A stretch of 45,525 nt of DNA from Candidatus Sumerlaeaceae bacterium (GCA_049968255.1 JBMFRB010000012.1:1-45525); one strand, 5' to 3'; positions 1 through 10,427 are shown, numbered from the stretch's first letter. A program made the numbers and translations. Notes: generated by a model from the letters alone, not told the origin.

Positions 1-231
1 CTGGGCAAGGACCCGTGGGGCCCGGACATCAAGGCGAGCGACGAGTTTCTGGAGCCGTTGTTCGAGCAATTCTATAAGATTTTGAATTTAGGCGATCGCA
101 TGAGGAAGGCCGATTACGCCGCCCTGGCGGCATTTGTGCCGAAGGAGATGATTGATCCGGAGATCACCGATGTGCTCGACGCGATCGTCGAAACGGCGCA
201 AAAGGCCAAACCACGAGGGGGCATGCTATGA
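1..231 (+). CDS. 3' end of a gene truncated by the window edge; probably an AAA/ABC-type ATPase of the kind found in type III R-M loci
   Basis: Frame 1 is open from base 1: LGKDPWGPDIKASDEFLEPLFEQFYKILNLGDRMRKADYAALAAFVPKEMIDPEITDVLDAIVETAQKAKPRGGML*. Its TGA (229-231) overlaps the Res ATG (ATGA). The family guess is from recalled similarity of the C-terminus only. Confidence 0.55.
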   Translation: MGKDPWGPDIKASDEFLEPLFEQFYKILNLGDRMRKADYAALAAFVPKEMIDPEITDVLDAIVETAQKAKPRGGML

Positions 232-3038
232 GCAGTTCCACAATAGATCATCTCATCATCAACTCGCCTTACGAGGAGCCCAAACGCTACTGGCGCTACG
301 ACAGGGAAAAGCAGCGTTTTGACCTTGTGGAGGGCCGCCGCCCGGCGGGCTATGTCATAGCAACACCTGGCTCCCAATCCTTTGATGATCCCGGTTTATT
401 CATCGAGATTCCGCTGGTCAACCAGATCCGCCCGAGAGTCAAGGCCTGGCGTGAGAAGGGATATCCGGGCGTCACGAGCACAACAAAACGTTTGCTGCAA
501 TATTGGGCCGATCCCGAGCGTGATCGGCGCTTTTTCTTTTGCCAGCTGGAGGCGGTGGAGACGCTCATTTGGCTGGCGGAAACACACCCCGCCGAACGTG
601 CCGGCATTGAGATCCCCAGCGATGGCGGCGACTTCGTCCGGCAATGCTGCAAGATGGCGACCGGCACGGGCAAAACCATCGTCATGGCAATGGTCATTGC
701 CTGGCAGATCCTCAACAACGTGGCCAATCCCCGGGATACGCGTTTTTCCAAGAACGTGCTCGTCATCGCCCCCGGGCTGACAGTGAAGAAACGGCTCGAA
801 GTGCTTTCCTCCAGCGCAGAAGGCAACTATTACGAGGCCTTCGACATTGTTCCGTCCGCACTTCTTGACCAGCTGCGGCAAGGCAAGGTGCTGGTGCGCA
901 ATTGGCACGCCTTGGCCTGGGAGAGCGAGGAGCAGCTCCAAAAGCGCAAAAGCGTGGACAAACGGGGGCCAAAGAGCGACGAGGCCTATACCCGCGAGGT
1001 GTTGGGCGAAATGGCAAATGCCAGGAACTTGCTGGTCATCAACGATGAAGCGCACCACGCTTGGCGCGTTAGCCCAGAAGCTGCTAGCAAGTATGGGCGT
1101 GAAGATGTTGAGGAATCCACGGTCTGGGTGGGTGGACTGGACCGGCTTCACCGCGCGCGCAACATTTTCAGGTGTTACGATTTCTCGGCCACACCTTTTA
1201 CGCCTTCCGGCAAGAAGAGCAGCGAAGAGGCGCTCTTTGGCTGGATCGTGAGCGATTTTGGGCTCAACGACGCCATCGAATCGGGACTGGTTAAGACCCC
1301 CCGTATCGTCGTGCGCGACGACGCCCCGCCCGCCCCATCTACCTATAAATCGCGCCTGTATCACATTTACAACGACCCGGAGGTAAAGGACAATCTCAAC
1401 CGCAAGGCCGAGCCGCACGAGCCCTTGCCCGACCTGGTGCTCAACGCCTATAATATTCTGGGTTACGACTGGCGCGAGACGCTTGAGGCCTGGCGGGACG
1501 CTGGTCTACCGACCCCGCCGGTCATGATCACGGTCTGCAATCGCACCGAGACCGCTGCACGCGTGAAACACGCCTTCGAAACGAAGCAGATCCGCATCGA
1601 CGAGCTTTGCGATCCCGATCGCATTCTGCACATCGACTCGAAAGTGCTCAAGGAGGCCGAAGCTAGGGAAGATCTCCCTGAGCCCGGAGAAGTGGCCAAC
1701 GACAACGACGAGGAAGAGGCGGAGCCGCAGAAACGCAAGCTTACCAAGGCAGAGCAGGCGGAGTTGCTGCGGCGGACCGTAGACACCGTGGGCAAAGTGG
1801 GGCAGCCCGGCGAGAAGATCCAGAACGTTATTTCCGTGGGCATGCTCTCCGAAGGCTGGGACGCTAAGACCGTGACGCACATCATGGGACTGAGGGCCTT
1901 TTCCTCGCAACTTCTGTGCGAGCAGGTGGTGGGCCGCGGCCTGCGGCGAACCTCCTACGAAATCAACTCAGAAACGGGACTCTTCGAGCCGGAGTATGTG
2001 AACATTTTCGGTGTGCCCTTCGCCTTTCTTCCCCATGAGGATACTGGCAGCGGCCCGCCGGCACCCCCTGCGCCCAAAATCGCGGTCGAGCCGGACCCGG
2101 CGAAGGCTGAGTACGAGATTCGATGGCCAGTGGTGGTGCGCATCGAGGAAAAGCTGAAGCTGAGGCTAGAAGTGGATTGGGCAAAAGTGGAGCCGCTGGA
2201 ATTGGACGCCGCCAAAGTGCCCAAGGTGGCGGAACTTGCCCCGGTCATCGAAGGCCAGCCGGATGTGACAAAAGTGGAACGCATCGACTTGGAGCGAATG
2301 GCGAGCGATTTGCGCATCCAACGCATCATCTTCGAAACTGTGCAAAGCGTGTTCGAGCAAATAAAGCCAGAGTGGAAGGGCAAGCGCGATGTGTTGTTCG
2401 CGCAATTGGTGCAAATTGTCGAGCAATTTCTCCGCTCTGACCGGATTGTGGTTTTGCCCTCGATCTACAACAACGATGAGGTGCGTCGGCGCCTCATTAT
2501 TGCCCTGTCCATGACGCGTGTGGTGCAGCATGTGTTGCAAGCTGTGCGCGAAACGTCGGTAGAAATAAGTGTGCCTGTTTTCGATCGGGATCATCCGATC
2601 CGATCCACGGCAGAAGCTCGCACATGGTACACGGGAAAACCCTGCGTGCGCACGCGCAAATCGCATATCAACGTCTGTGTGCTCGACAGTACGTGGGAGG
2701 GCTCGGATGCCTATCAGCTGGACACGAGCGACGCCGTGAGTGCCTGGGTAAAGAACGATCATCTGGGGTTCGAAGTGTTCTTTCTTGATGAAGGTGAGGT
2801 GCACAAATACAGACCGGATTTTCTCGTGAGGCTGGCGAACGGAGACATGCTTGTTCTCGAGACGAAAGGTCAGGTGGATAGCAAGAGCGAGAAAAAATTC
2901 CGAAGCCTGCAAAAGTGGGTGGAGGCAGTAAACAACGACGGTCGGTTCGGGAGTTGGCATGCGGACCAAGTCACAAGGCCAGGGGAGATTCTCAACGTGT
3001 TGGCCAAGCTTTGCCCGATGGCCGCGGCGCAGACCTAA
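228..3038 (+). CDS. Type III restriction endonuclease Res subunit (SF2 helicase plus C-terminal PD-(D/E)xK nuclease)
   Basis: 936 aa. Walker A MATGTGKT, Walker B DEAHH, motif III FSATP, LSEGWD, motif VI QVVGRGLR, C-terminal PDF...LETKG nuclease motif. Confidence 0.9.
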   Translation: MSSSTIDHLIINSPYEEPKRYWRYDREKQRFDLVEGRRPAGYVIATPGSQSFDDPGLFIEIPLVNQIRPRVKAWREKGYPGVTSTTKRLLQYWADPERDRRFFFCQLEAVETLIWLAETHPAERAGIEIPSDGGDFVRQCCKMATGTGKTIVMAMVIAWQILNNVANPRDTRFSKNVLVIAPGLTVKKRLEVLSSSAEGNYYEAFDIVPSALLDQLRQGKVLVRNWHALAWESEEQLQKRKSVDKRGPKSDEAYTREVLGEMANARNLLVINDEAHHAWRVSPEAASKYGREDVEESTVWVGGLDRLHRARNIFRCYDFSATPFTPSGKKSSEEALFGWIVSDFGLNDAIESGLVKTPRIVVRDDAPPAPSTYKSRLYHIYNDPEVKDNLNRKAEPHEPLPDLVLNAYNILGYDWRETLEAWRDAGLPTPPVMITVCNRTETAARVKHAFETKQIRIDELCDPDRILHIDSKVLKEAEAREDLPEPGEVANDNDEEEAEPQKRKLTKAEQAELLRRTVDTVGKVGQPGEKIQNVISVGMLSEGWDAKTVTHIMGLRAFSSQLLCEQVVGRGLRRTSYEINSETGLFEPEYVNIFGVPFAFLPHEDTGSGPPAPPAPKIAVEPDPAKAEYEIRWPVVVRIEEKLKLRLEVDWAKVEPLELDAAKVPKVAELAPVIEGQPDVTKVERIDLERMASDLRIQRIIFETVQSVFEQIKPEWKGKRDVLFAQLVQIVEQFLRSDRIVVLPSIYNNDEVRRRLIIALSMTRVVQHVLQAVRETSVEISVPVFDRDHPIRSTAEARTWYTGKPCVRTRKSHINVCVLDSTWEGSDAYQLDTSDAVSAWVKNDHLGFEVFFLDEGEVHKYRPDFLVRLANGDMLVLETKGQVDSKSEKKFRSLQKWVEAVNNDGRFGSWHADQVTRPGEILNVLAKLCPMAAAQT

Positions 3039-3419
3039 GGGCTCGCGGCGGAAAAACCAAAGCGAGGCTGCTCGGCGCCACCTGCCTCAGGGGAACACGT
3101 GGGCATGCCAGCGGGTGCGTGTTTGTGTGCAGAAGCCTGCAGATTCAGCTTTTTCTTGGGGGAGGCGGACACTCCTGGCGCCAGGTGGTGCTTGGGGCGA
3201 GAAGGCGCGTGAAGGGATGCAGGCCGGTTCAGGGGCACCGCCCTCGCACTTGTGGCGGCAAGAGAAGGGATATTTGATCTCATGGTTTTCGGCTTTGCGT
3301 GGTAAGTTGGAATCGTAGGCGTTTGACGCGGCGCGAGTTTGCGCACCGTGTGTGGCGTGGGCCAGGCCACGGCAACATGTCCTGGCGTGAAGCACGCATG
3401 ATGACATAATGTGGGTGAC

Positions 3420-4826
3420 ATGATGAAGACGACGTTCGATGCAGTGATCGTGGGTGCTGGACCGGGGGGCTATGTGGCGGCAATCCGTGCGGCGCAGCTG
3501 GGCTTCGAGGTGGCTCTGGTGGAGAAAAATGCCACGCTCGGCGGCACGTGCCTAAACGTGGGGTGTATCCCCAGCAAGGCGCTCCTGGATTCGAGTGAAT
3601 TGTTTGCCATGGCGGCACACGATTTCGCGGCCCACGGCATCGACGTTGGCGAGCCGAAAATTGACGTATCCCGCATGATCGCCCGCAAGCGCAAGGTGGT
3701 GGAGGAACTGACTCGGGGCATCGCAATGCTCATGAAGAAAAATGGAGTGACCGTGGTGCGCGGGCGCGCCAAACTGGTCGGTGGAATGCGCGTGGCCGTG
3801 GCCACGGATGACGGCGAGATCGAGCTTGAAGCACGGAAAAATGTTCTGCTGGCTACGGGAAGCGTGCCCGTGGAGCTGCCGTTCGCGCGCTTCGATGGCC
3901 AGGTGGTGGTGAGCTCGACCGAGGCCTTGGAATTCGAACGCGTGCCTGAGCACCTTGTGGTGGTGGGAGCAGGCTTTATTGGCCTCGAGTTGGGGAGCGT
4001 GTGGCGACGGCTAGGGGCACGCGTCACAGTGGTCGAGATGCTGCCGAAGCTCCTGCCCATGATGGACGACGAAGTGAGCGACGCGCTCACGCGGACCTTG
4101 CGCAAACAGGGGCTTGAGTTCGAGCTCGGCGCACGGCTCGAGAACGTGCGTGTGGCCGACGGACGCGCTTCGGTCGAACTGACAAAAGCTGACAGCACGC
4201 GCGCCACCATCGCGTGCGACAAAGTGCTGGTGGCCGTGGGCCGGCGGCCGTTCACTGACGGGCTGGGGCTCGACGTGGCTGGCGTGCAGATCGATGAGCG
4301 CCGACGCGTGAAAATTGACGACCAATTCCGCACGACCGCGCCGGGGATCAGCGCGATTGGCGACCTCGTGCGCGGCCCCATGCTGGCACACAAAGCCGAG
4401 GAGGAGGGCGTGGCCTGGGCTGAGATTCTTGCTGGACAGCCAGGACACGTCAATTACGACGCCATCCCGGGTGTGGTCTACACATGGCCCGAAGCGGCCT
4501 ACGTCGGGATGACGGAACGCGAAGCGCGCGCGCGCCACGGCGACGTGGTGAAGGTGGGCAAGTTTGCGTTTGCGGCCAACGGGCGCGCAAAGGCCGCCGG
4601 CGAGCGTGAGGGTTTCGTCAAGGTGATCGCCGGCCCGCGTGGGCGTCTGCTGGGTCTGCATATCTTCGGGCCACGCGCTTCAGAACTCATCGCAGAGGCG
4701 GTGCTGGCGATGGAATTCGGCGCCACGGCCGAGGACATCGCGCGAACCTGCCACGCCCATCCGACCCTGGCCGAGGCCGTGAAAGAGGCCGCCCTTGCGG
4801 CCGAGGGGCGCGTCATTCACTCCTGA
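3420..4826 (+). CDS. lpdA: Dihydrolipoyl dehydrogenase (E3)
   Basis: GAGPGGY FAD-binding motif, redox disulfide GGTCLNVGCIPSK, GAGFIGLE NAD motif, C-terminal HAHPTLAE. Start could be 3411, 3420 or 3423. Confidence 0.96.
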   Translation: MMKTTFDAVIVGAGPGGYVAAIRAAQLGFEVALVEKNATLGGTCLNVGCIPSKALLDSSELFAMAAHDFAAHGIDVGEPKIDVSRMIARKRKVVEELTRGIAMLMKKNGVTVVRGRAKLVGGMRVAVATDDGEIELEARKNVLLATGSVPVELPFARFDGQVVVSSTEALEFERVPEHLVVVGAGFIGLELGSVWRRLGARVTVVEMLPKLLPMMDDEVSDALTRTLRKQGLEFELGARLENVRVADGRASVELTKADSTRATIACDKVLVAVGRRPFTDGLGLDVAGVQIDERRRVKIDDQFRTTAPGISAIGDLVRGPMLAHKAEEEGVAWAEILAGQPGHVNYDAIPGVVYTWPEAAYVGMTEREARARHGDVVKVGKFAFAANGRAKAAGEREGFVKVIAGPRGRLLGLHIFGPRASELIAEAVLAMEFGATAEDIARTCHAHPTLAEAVKEAALAAEGRVIHS

Positions 4827-4940
4827 AATGGCGGATGGACAGCGCGTTGTAAGCGACAAAATCTGTGGCCGCCCCTTTCGAACGCAGATTGACCGTCCGG
4901 CGAGGAAGCCGCGCAGAGAACGCAGCGACAAAGCAACGCT

Positions 4941-5441
4941 CTACTCGATTTTGATCAGCTCGATGCCGAGCTCGCGCGCCACCTGAAAGACTTTCTCTTC
5001 GCGATAAAACTCGCCGTAGAAAATGCGACGGATGCCGGCGTTGGCGATGAGTTTGAAGCACTCCCAACAGGGGCTGGCGGTGGTGTAGATGTCGGCGCCT
5101 TCGATGCGCACGCCATGGCGCGCAGCCTGGATGATGGCATTGGCTTCGGCGTGCACGGTGCGCACGCAATGGCCGCCGACCATGTCGTGGCCGACGTCGT
5201 CGCAGTGAGGCAGGCCGCGGATCGATCCATTGTAGCCCGTCGAGAGGATATTCTTGTCGCGGACGATCACCGCGCCCACGTGCTTGCGGTCGCAGGTGGC
5301 GCGTGTGGCCACGACGTGGGCAATATTCATGAAATAGTGATGCCAATCCACGCGCTTGCCTTGGGCCAGTCGCCGGCCCGCCTCTTCCGCGCGGCGGTTT
5401 TCCTCCTCAAGTCGCCGTTCCAGATCCAAATCATCGCTCAT
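4941..5441 (-). CDS. dCMP deaminase (ComEB-like cytidine/deoxycytidylate deaminase family)
   Basis: RATCDRKHVGAVIV, STGYNG, zinc motifs HAE and PCWEC. Start placed at the ATG (5441) downstream of GGAGG (complement at 5451-5455). Confidence 0.88.
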   Translation of the reverse strand: MSDDLDLERRLEEENRRAEEAGRRLAQGKRVDWHHYFMNIAHVVATRATCDRKHVGAVIVRDKNILSTGYNGSIRGLPHCDDVGHDMVGGHCVRTVHAEANAIIQAARHGVRIEGADIYTTASPCWECFKLIANAGIRRIFYGEFYREEKVFQVARELGIELIKIE

Positions 5442-5580
5442 GCGTCGCGTCCTCCGTGGGAACAACTCTCGCGCCGCCACCTGTTCATCCGGCGCCGACT
5501 GTGAAGGCGTACCATCCCCACGCTGCCTGACCTTTGCAAGCAATTCTCGCGCGGGTTGAGACCATCAGGGCATGTGCGAG

Positions 5581-6180
5581 TCAGCCAGTGATTTTTCTGC
5601 TCCCGGGTTTGACGAGGGGAAGACCTTGGCGGCAGAGGGGACACTCTTCGGGCGAATAGGTGACTGCGGTGGTGCGCAGATAAGTGGCCACGGGGAGATC
5701 CGGCGCGAAAGCCCCGCCCGAGCGGTCCACAATCGTCGCGAAGCCGATTACTTGCGCGCCATGTTGCCGAGCCACATCAGCCACTTCCAGCACGCTTGCG
5801 CCCGTTGTGATGACGTTCTCTGCCAGCACGACTCGTTCACCGGGCGCGAGCTCGAACCCACGTCGCAACTCAAACGCGCCACTGGGGCGCTCTGCGAATA
5901 TGTTGCGCACGCCAAGCTGGCGCGCGAGCTCGTAACCGATGAGAATGCCACCGACAGCGGGAGTGAGCACGACTTGCGGCTGCCATTGGCGCACGACCTC
6001 CGCGAGGGCGCGCGCAATTTGCTCGGCGGCAGCCGGCCACTCAAGCACGCGCGCACATTGAAAGTACTCAGGACTGTGCAGTCCGCTGCTCAGGAGGAAA
6101 TGGCCGTGCAAAAGCGCTTGGGATTTTTCCAAGAGAGCGAGAGCCTCGCCGCGTCGTGCACATTCGACGATGGTCGTCAC
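5581..6180 (-). CDS. pyrE: Orotate phosphoribosyltransferase
   Basis: GHFLLSSGLHSPEYFQC, FELRRGF, PRPP loop VLAENVITTGAS, C-terminal CPLC...KPGSR. GTG start at 6180 inferred from an upstream AAGG. Confidence 0.9.
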   Translation of the reverse strand: MTTIVECARRGEALALLEKSQALLHGHFLLSSGLHSPEYFQCARVLEWPAAAEQIARALAEVVRQWQPQVVLTPAVGGILIGYELARQLGVRNIFAERPSGAFELRRGFELAPGERVVLAENVITTGASVLEVADVARQHGAQVIGFATIVDRSGGAFAPDLPVATYLRTTAVTYSPEECPLCRQGLPLVKPGSRKITG

Positions 6181-6768
6181 GGAGCAGTTCCTTTTCACTT
6201 TGTTTTTTCGGCAGCGAGAAATCGCCGTAGCCGTACAGGGACGCAAGCGCGAAAATACAGAGAGCGGGCCCGTCACCCGTGCGCGCCTGCTCGTCGCTGG
6301 GCGTGTGGCTTGCCGGAGCAAAGACCGTTCAGCGTGGTCGCTGCTCAGCTCACGCATCTGCGTTTGCCAGCGAGATGGCGCCGTTTTTCCAATTCGAGAC
6401 TGATGTGCTGCCAGGGAGCGGCGGCTCATCGCCGCTAGGGTGGGGGCCTAGCCGCCGCATGAGGCGCGACTGATTCTCCACTGGTGGATGTGGCGCTCCA
6501 CCGGCCGCAGAGCGCAGGCTACTCCGCTCTGTGCTTGCCCGTAGTTCATAAGGGGGCTTGGTCGTTCGTGCCGAATCGCTTCAACGTTGCCCGTGCAGTT
6601 TTTCCGGAGTGATGCGTGGGCATGCCTGCTCTACCCATCCCACGACGACTCTGTTGAGCTTCGTTTTCGAGTTCGAGAACGCAGCCCGAGCATGGCTTTT
6701 ATCATTATGATTGCTTTTTTCTGTTCACCGCAGCCAATTGAACTTCGTGGCACTGGAGGTTACGCATT

Positions 6769-7626
6769 ATGGTCCTTCGTGTACCGCGCTATTGGGCGCG
6801 CTGCGAGCGCGAGGTTGTGGGCGCTGGCGGCACAGTCTACCAGTTGGTGAAGTATGGCGTCTCGGACAAAAGTCATGAGGAGGCGCAGCGCGAGGCCGAG
6901 CGTCTTCTCGACGCTTTGGTTGCGCGGGTGCTCGGTCGCGAGTCACTCGATCATTATGCTTATAGCACACGAATGCCACTTCGCGAGGAACTGATCCAAG
7001 AGCTTCGCCGGGACGGGAATCTCTTGGGGTTTGTCACGCGAAACAGTTACGGCGCGCTAGTGCTCAATACCGCGCAGGTGATGTTTGTGGATATTGATTG
7101 CCCACAGCCGAAGCCCAGAGGAGGACTTCTGCGGCGGCTGTTTGGCAAAAGCGAGCCGGCTGGCGATCCTGCAGCAGAGGCGCTCGATCGCGTGGCCGCA
7201 TGGAGCCGTAGCCACTCCACCTACTCATTTCGCGCTTATCGCACCCATGCTGGTCTACGGTTACTTTTCACTTCCCATGTGTTTGAGGCAGGGGGCTCGG
7301 CCACGCGCAGCATGCTCGAGGATCTCGGTGCGGACCCGCTCTATGTGCGTCTGTGCCAGGCGCAGGAGTGCTTTCGAGCACGCCTCACGCCCAAGCCTTG
7401 GCGCGTTGGTATGCGTTCGCAGCGCCATGCCTGGCCACAGGCAACGCCTGCCCAGGAAGCAGCACGCGCAAAGTGGTTGAGGACCTACGACGATCGGCGG
7501 GCGAAGTTTGCGGTGTGTGCATTGGTGGGAGAGTTTGGTCGTGGGGAAATGTTGGAGGAAGCCGCGACGATTGTGCGACTGCATGACGAAATGACCTGTA
7601 CACCGGCTGGCGCTCCGCTCGCGTGA
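6769..7626 (+). CDS. Conserved hypothetical protein with AEP/primase-like motifs
   Basis: 285-aa ORF with GGAGG RBS. Motifs VMFVDID, YRTHAGLRLL and DPLY...FRARL. Confidence 0.7.
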   Translation: MVLRVPRYWARCEREVVGAGGTVYQLVKYGVSDKSHEEAQREAERLLDALVARVLGRESLDHYAYSTRMPLREELIQELRRDGNLLGFVTRNSYGALVLNTAQVMFVDIDCPQPKPRGGLLRRLFGKSEPAGDPAAEALDRVAAWSRSHSTYSFRAYRTHAGLRLLFTSHVFEAGGSATRSMLEDLGADPLYVRLCQAQECFRARLTPKPWRVGMRSQRHAWPQATPAQEAARAKWLRTYDDRRAKFAVCALVGEFGRGEMLEEAATIVRLHDEMTCTPAGAPLA

Positions 7627-7947
7627 GGCGGTGGGCGAACAACACTCTCAATCGACGAGCCGGTTCTTTTTTGGCGGGCATGAGCTGCTTCTCGCCACAG
7701 CTTGTGCACTCTCGCTCTTTCGAAGCCCCGTTGCGGCCCCTGTGTCACGTGCTGAGTGTTCGGCAAGGACTTATCACCGTGCATGCGGACCGCGCTTTTA
7801 GCTTTCGGGTGAACGCAGCTCTTGGTTCCCACATTCCTTTTAGCGGAGGGAAACGCATTCGCGGAGATTTTCTGCGAATAATACCTTGACGCAGTTTTTG
7901 GTTGGGCATGGATTCTTGCGTAAATTTAGGGTCGGAAAAAGTGCACG

Positions 7948-10377
7948 ATGAGTTATAACAAGTACGGTTACTTCACTGAGGATCGCTTCGAGTTTGTCAT
8001 CACCAGGCCAGATACACCCGCGCCGTGGATCAACTACACGTCCAATGGGCGCTACACACGGCTGATCTCAAACACAGGCGGAGGCTTCAGTTATTGGCAA
8101 ACGCCTCGCCTGCATCGCATCACGCGTTGGCGTTATAACAGTCTGCCCGTGGATCGGCCGGGGCATTACCTTTACGTTCGCGAGAGAAAGACGGGTGATT
8201 ACTGGACGCCTTCGTGGCAGCCCGTGGCCGCCGAACTCGAGTCCTACGAGTGCCGCCATGGACTGAACTACACGCGCATCACTGGCGTGCGCCATGGCGT
8301 CGAGGCAAGCGTGCTCACCTTTGTCCCTGACGACGCTGACTGTGAAATCTGGCGCGTGAGAGTGAAGAATCTCTCGAAAGAGCGCAAACAGCTCGATCTC
8401 TTTGCGTACGTCGAATTGTGCATGGGCAACGCTCTCAACGATCTCGTGAATCAGCCCAACGATCAGCACTTCAACGAGGTGTTCCTGGATCGCAAAAGCA
8501 ATATTCTCTACGCGACGAAGCGCTACTGGAACACTTTTGGGAGCGCGACGGTGGAACAGAGCAACGTGGCGTACGACCGCTACATCGTTTTTGCCACAAG
8601 CCTTCCCCTTGTTGCGTTCGACGGCAGCAAGGCGCAGTTCATTGGCCGGTGGCGCAGCGAATCGAATCCCATCGCGATCGAGCGCGGAAAACTCGCAAAC
8701 AGCGAGATCACCTCGGGCGATGCTGTCGGTGCACTGCAGATGCGTGTGGATTTGGCCCCTGGCGCACAGAAAGAGTTTTCCGTCGTGCTTGGAGTGGTGG
8801 AAAAACGCCAACAATTCAAGCGTGATGCCGAGCGCCTGATGAAAAAATACCTCGACCTGAAGCACGTGGACGCCGCATTCGAACGACTGGTGGCCGATTG
8901 GCGCGACTACGTGAGCTGTGTGCAGGTGGAGACACCCGACCCTGACCTCGACACAATGATCAACGTCTGGAACCAGTGGCAGAATGCTTGCACGTTCCGT
9001 TTCTCGCGCGACGCCGGCTACTATCACGGCGGATTGCTTTTCGGACGCGGTTTCCGCGATTCCTGTCAGGATACGTTCGGTCCAGTGATGACGCGGCCGG
9101 AGTGGGTCAAGCAACGTCTCACCGAGATGAGCAGCTTCCAATTCAAAGATGGTAGCGTTGTGCATTGCTACTATCCGGTCAGTGGCGGCTACGCACGCAC
9201 TGGCCACAGCGACACGCCACTTTGGTTGCCACTAGCTGTGGCCATGTACGTCAAAGAAACGGGCGACTGGGATTTCCTCAAGACAGTGACGCCTTACCTT
9301 GATGGTGGCGAGGCCACTATGCTCCAGCACATTTACGGATGCCTTGACTACACGCTCAGCAACCTCACCGAGCGGAATCTGCCGAAGTTCGGGCCAGGCG
9401 ACTGGAACGACACGCTCGACTACATGGGGCGCAAGGGGCGGGGCGAAAGCGTGTGGAACGCCGAGTGCCTTTGCTACGCCCTGCGCGAGACGATCGAGCT
9501 GGCCCGCCGCATCGGCGACAAGGCCGCAGTGCGCCGCTACGAGGCCGCATTCAAGAAAGTCGCTGATGCCATCAACAAACACTGCTGGGACGGCGAGTGG
9601 TACATTGTCGGCACGAACGACTTGCGCGAGATCGTCGGCTCAAAGAAAAACAAAGAATGCAAAATCTACCTCAACACGCAAACATGGGCCGTGATGAGCG
9701 GTGTGGCCCCGCGCGAGCGCGCACTCAAAGCCATGGCCGCCGCACGCAAATATCTGGACACACCCAAGGGGCCGAAGCTCCTCCATCCGCCATTTCGCAC
9801 CGTCAACCCCAACATTGGGCTGGCGACACGTTGTGTGCCGGGCAAGAAAGAAAATGGCGCGGTCTTCAATCACGCCGTCAGCTGGGCTGTGTTAGCCGAA
9901 GCGCTGCTAGGCCACGGCGATCTCGCGTACGACTATTATCGCAAGGCCCTGCCGATGAATCCCGTTGTGGACATTGACCGCTACGAAACCGAACCCTACG
10001 TCTACAGCGAGTACGTGACGAGCCCCGACCACCCGACCTTTGGCCAAGCAAGCCACTCCTGGCTTACCGGCTCGGCCACCTGGATGCTTCGCGACGTGGT
10101 GGACTACATTCTCGGCGTACGCCCAACCTACGAGGGACTCCTCATCGATCCGTGCATTCCGAAGAAATGGAAGACGTACCGCCTTCGGCGCCGATTCCGC
10201 GGTAAGCTCTACGATATCACGGTGCGCAATCCTAAAGGAGTGGAAAAGGGCGTGAAGCGCGTGGTGGTGGACGGCAAACCGATCGAGGGCAATGTGATCG
10301 GCGTGGATGGAGCCGCGCCGTCACGACCCAAGCACGGCGAGTGGCCTCTGGTGAAGGTCGAAGTCGAGATGGGCTGA
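7948..10377 (+). CDS. GH94 glycoside phosphorylase (cellobiose/N,N'-diacetylchitobiose phosphorylase family)
   Basis: 809 aa. N-terminal YGYF...VITRPDTPAPWINY, GFRDSCQD, catalytic GDWND, KENGAVFNH, EPY and SWLTGSA motifs. Confidence 0.93.
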   Translation: MSYNKYGYFTEDRFEFVITRPDTPAPWINYTSNGRYTRLISNTGGGFSYWQTPRLHRITRWRYNSLPVDRPGHYLYVRERKTGDYWTPSWQPVAAELESYECRHGLNYTRITGVRHGVEASVLTFVPDDADCEIWRVRVKNLSKERKQLDLFAYVELCMGNALNDLVNQPNDQHFNEVFLDRKSNILYATKRYWNTFGSATVEQSNVAYDRYIVFATSLPLVAFDGSKAQFIGRWRSESNPIAIERGKLANSEITSGDAVGALQMRVDLAPGAQKEFSVVLGVVEKRQQFKRDAERLMKKYLDLKHVDAAFERLVADWRDYVSCVQVETPDPDLDTMINVWNQWQNACTFRFSRDAGYYHGGLLFGRGFRDSCQDTFGPVMTRPEWVKQRLTEMSSFQFKDGSVVHCYYPVSGGYARTGHSDTPLWLPLAVAMYVKETGDWDFLKTVTPYLDGGEATMLQHIYGCLDYTLSNLTERNLPKFGPGDWNDTLDYMGRKGRGESVWNAECLCYALRETIELARRIGDKAAVRRYEAAFKKVADAINKHCWDGEWYIVGTNDLREIVGSKKNKECKIYLNTQTWAVMSGVAPRERALKAMAAARKYLDTPKGPKLLHPPFRTVNPNIGLATRCVPGKKENGAVFNHAVSWAVLAEALLGHGDLAYDYYRKALPMNPVVDIDRYETEPYVYSEYVTSPDHPTFGQASHSWLTGSATWMLRDVVDYILGVRPTYEGLLIDPCIPKKWKTYRLRRRFRGKLYDITVRNPKGVEKGVKRVVVDGKPIEGNVIGVDGAAPSRPKHGEWPLVKVEVEMG

Positions 10378-10427
10378 GCCAGCCGACACCCCATTTGCAA
10401 GCCATGCGAAAAGGATAACAAACAATC

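Noticed and set aside
6181-6429. N-terminal extension of pyrE (similar extensions on the DUF819, methyltransferase, deaminase and holin-like ORFs)
   Set aside because: Arg/Ser-rich, non-protein-like sequence; better RBS-supported starts lie downstream.
396-9207. Long antisense ORFs (396-1418, 3470-4453, 5572-6438, 8068-9207)
   Set aside because: Shadow frames of well-supported genes, expected in GC-rich DNA; no motifs.
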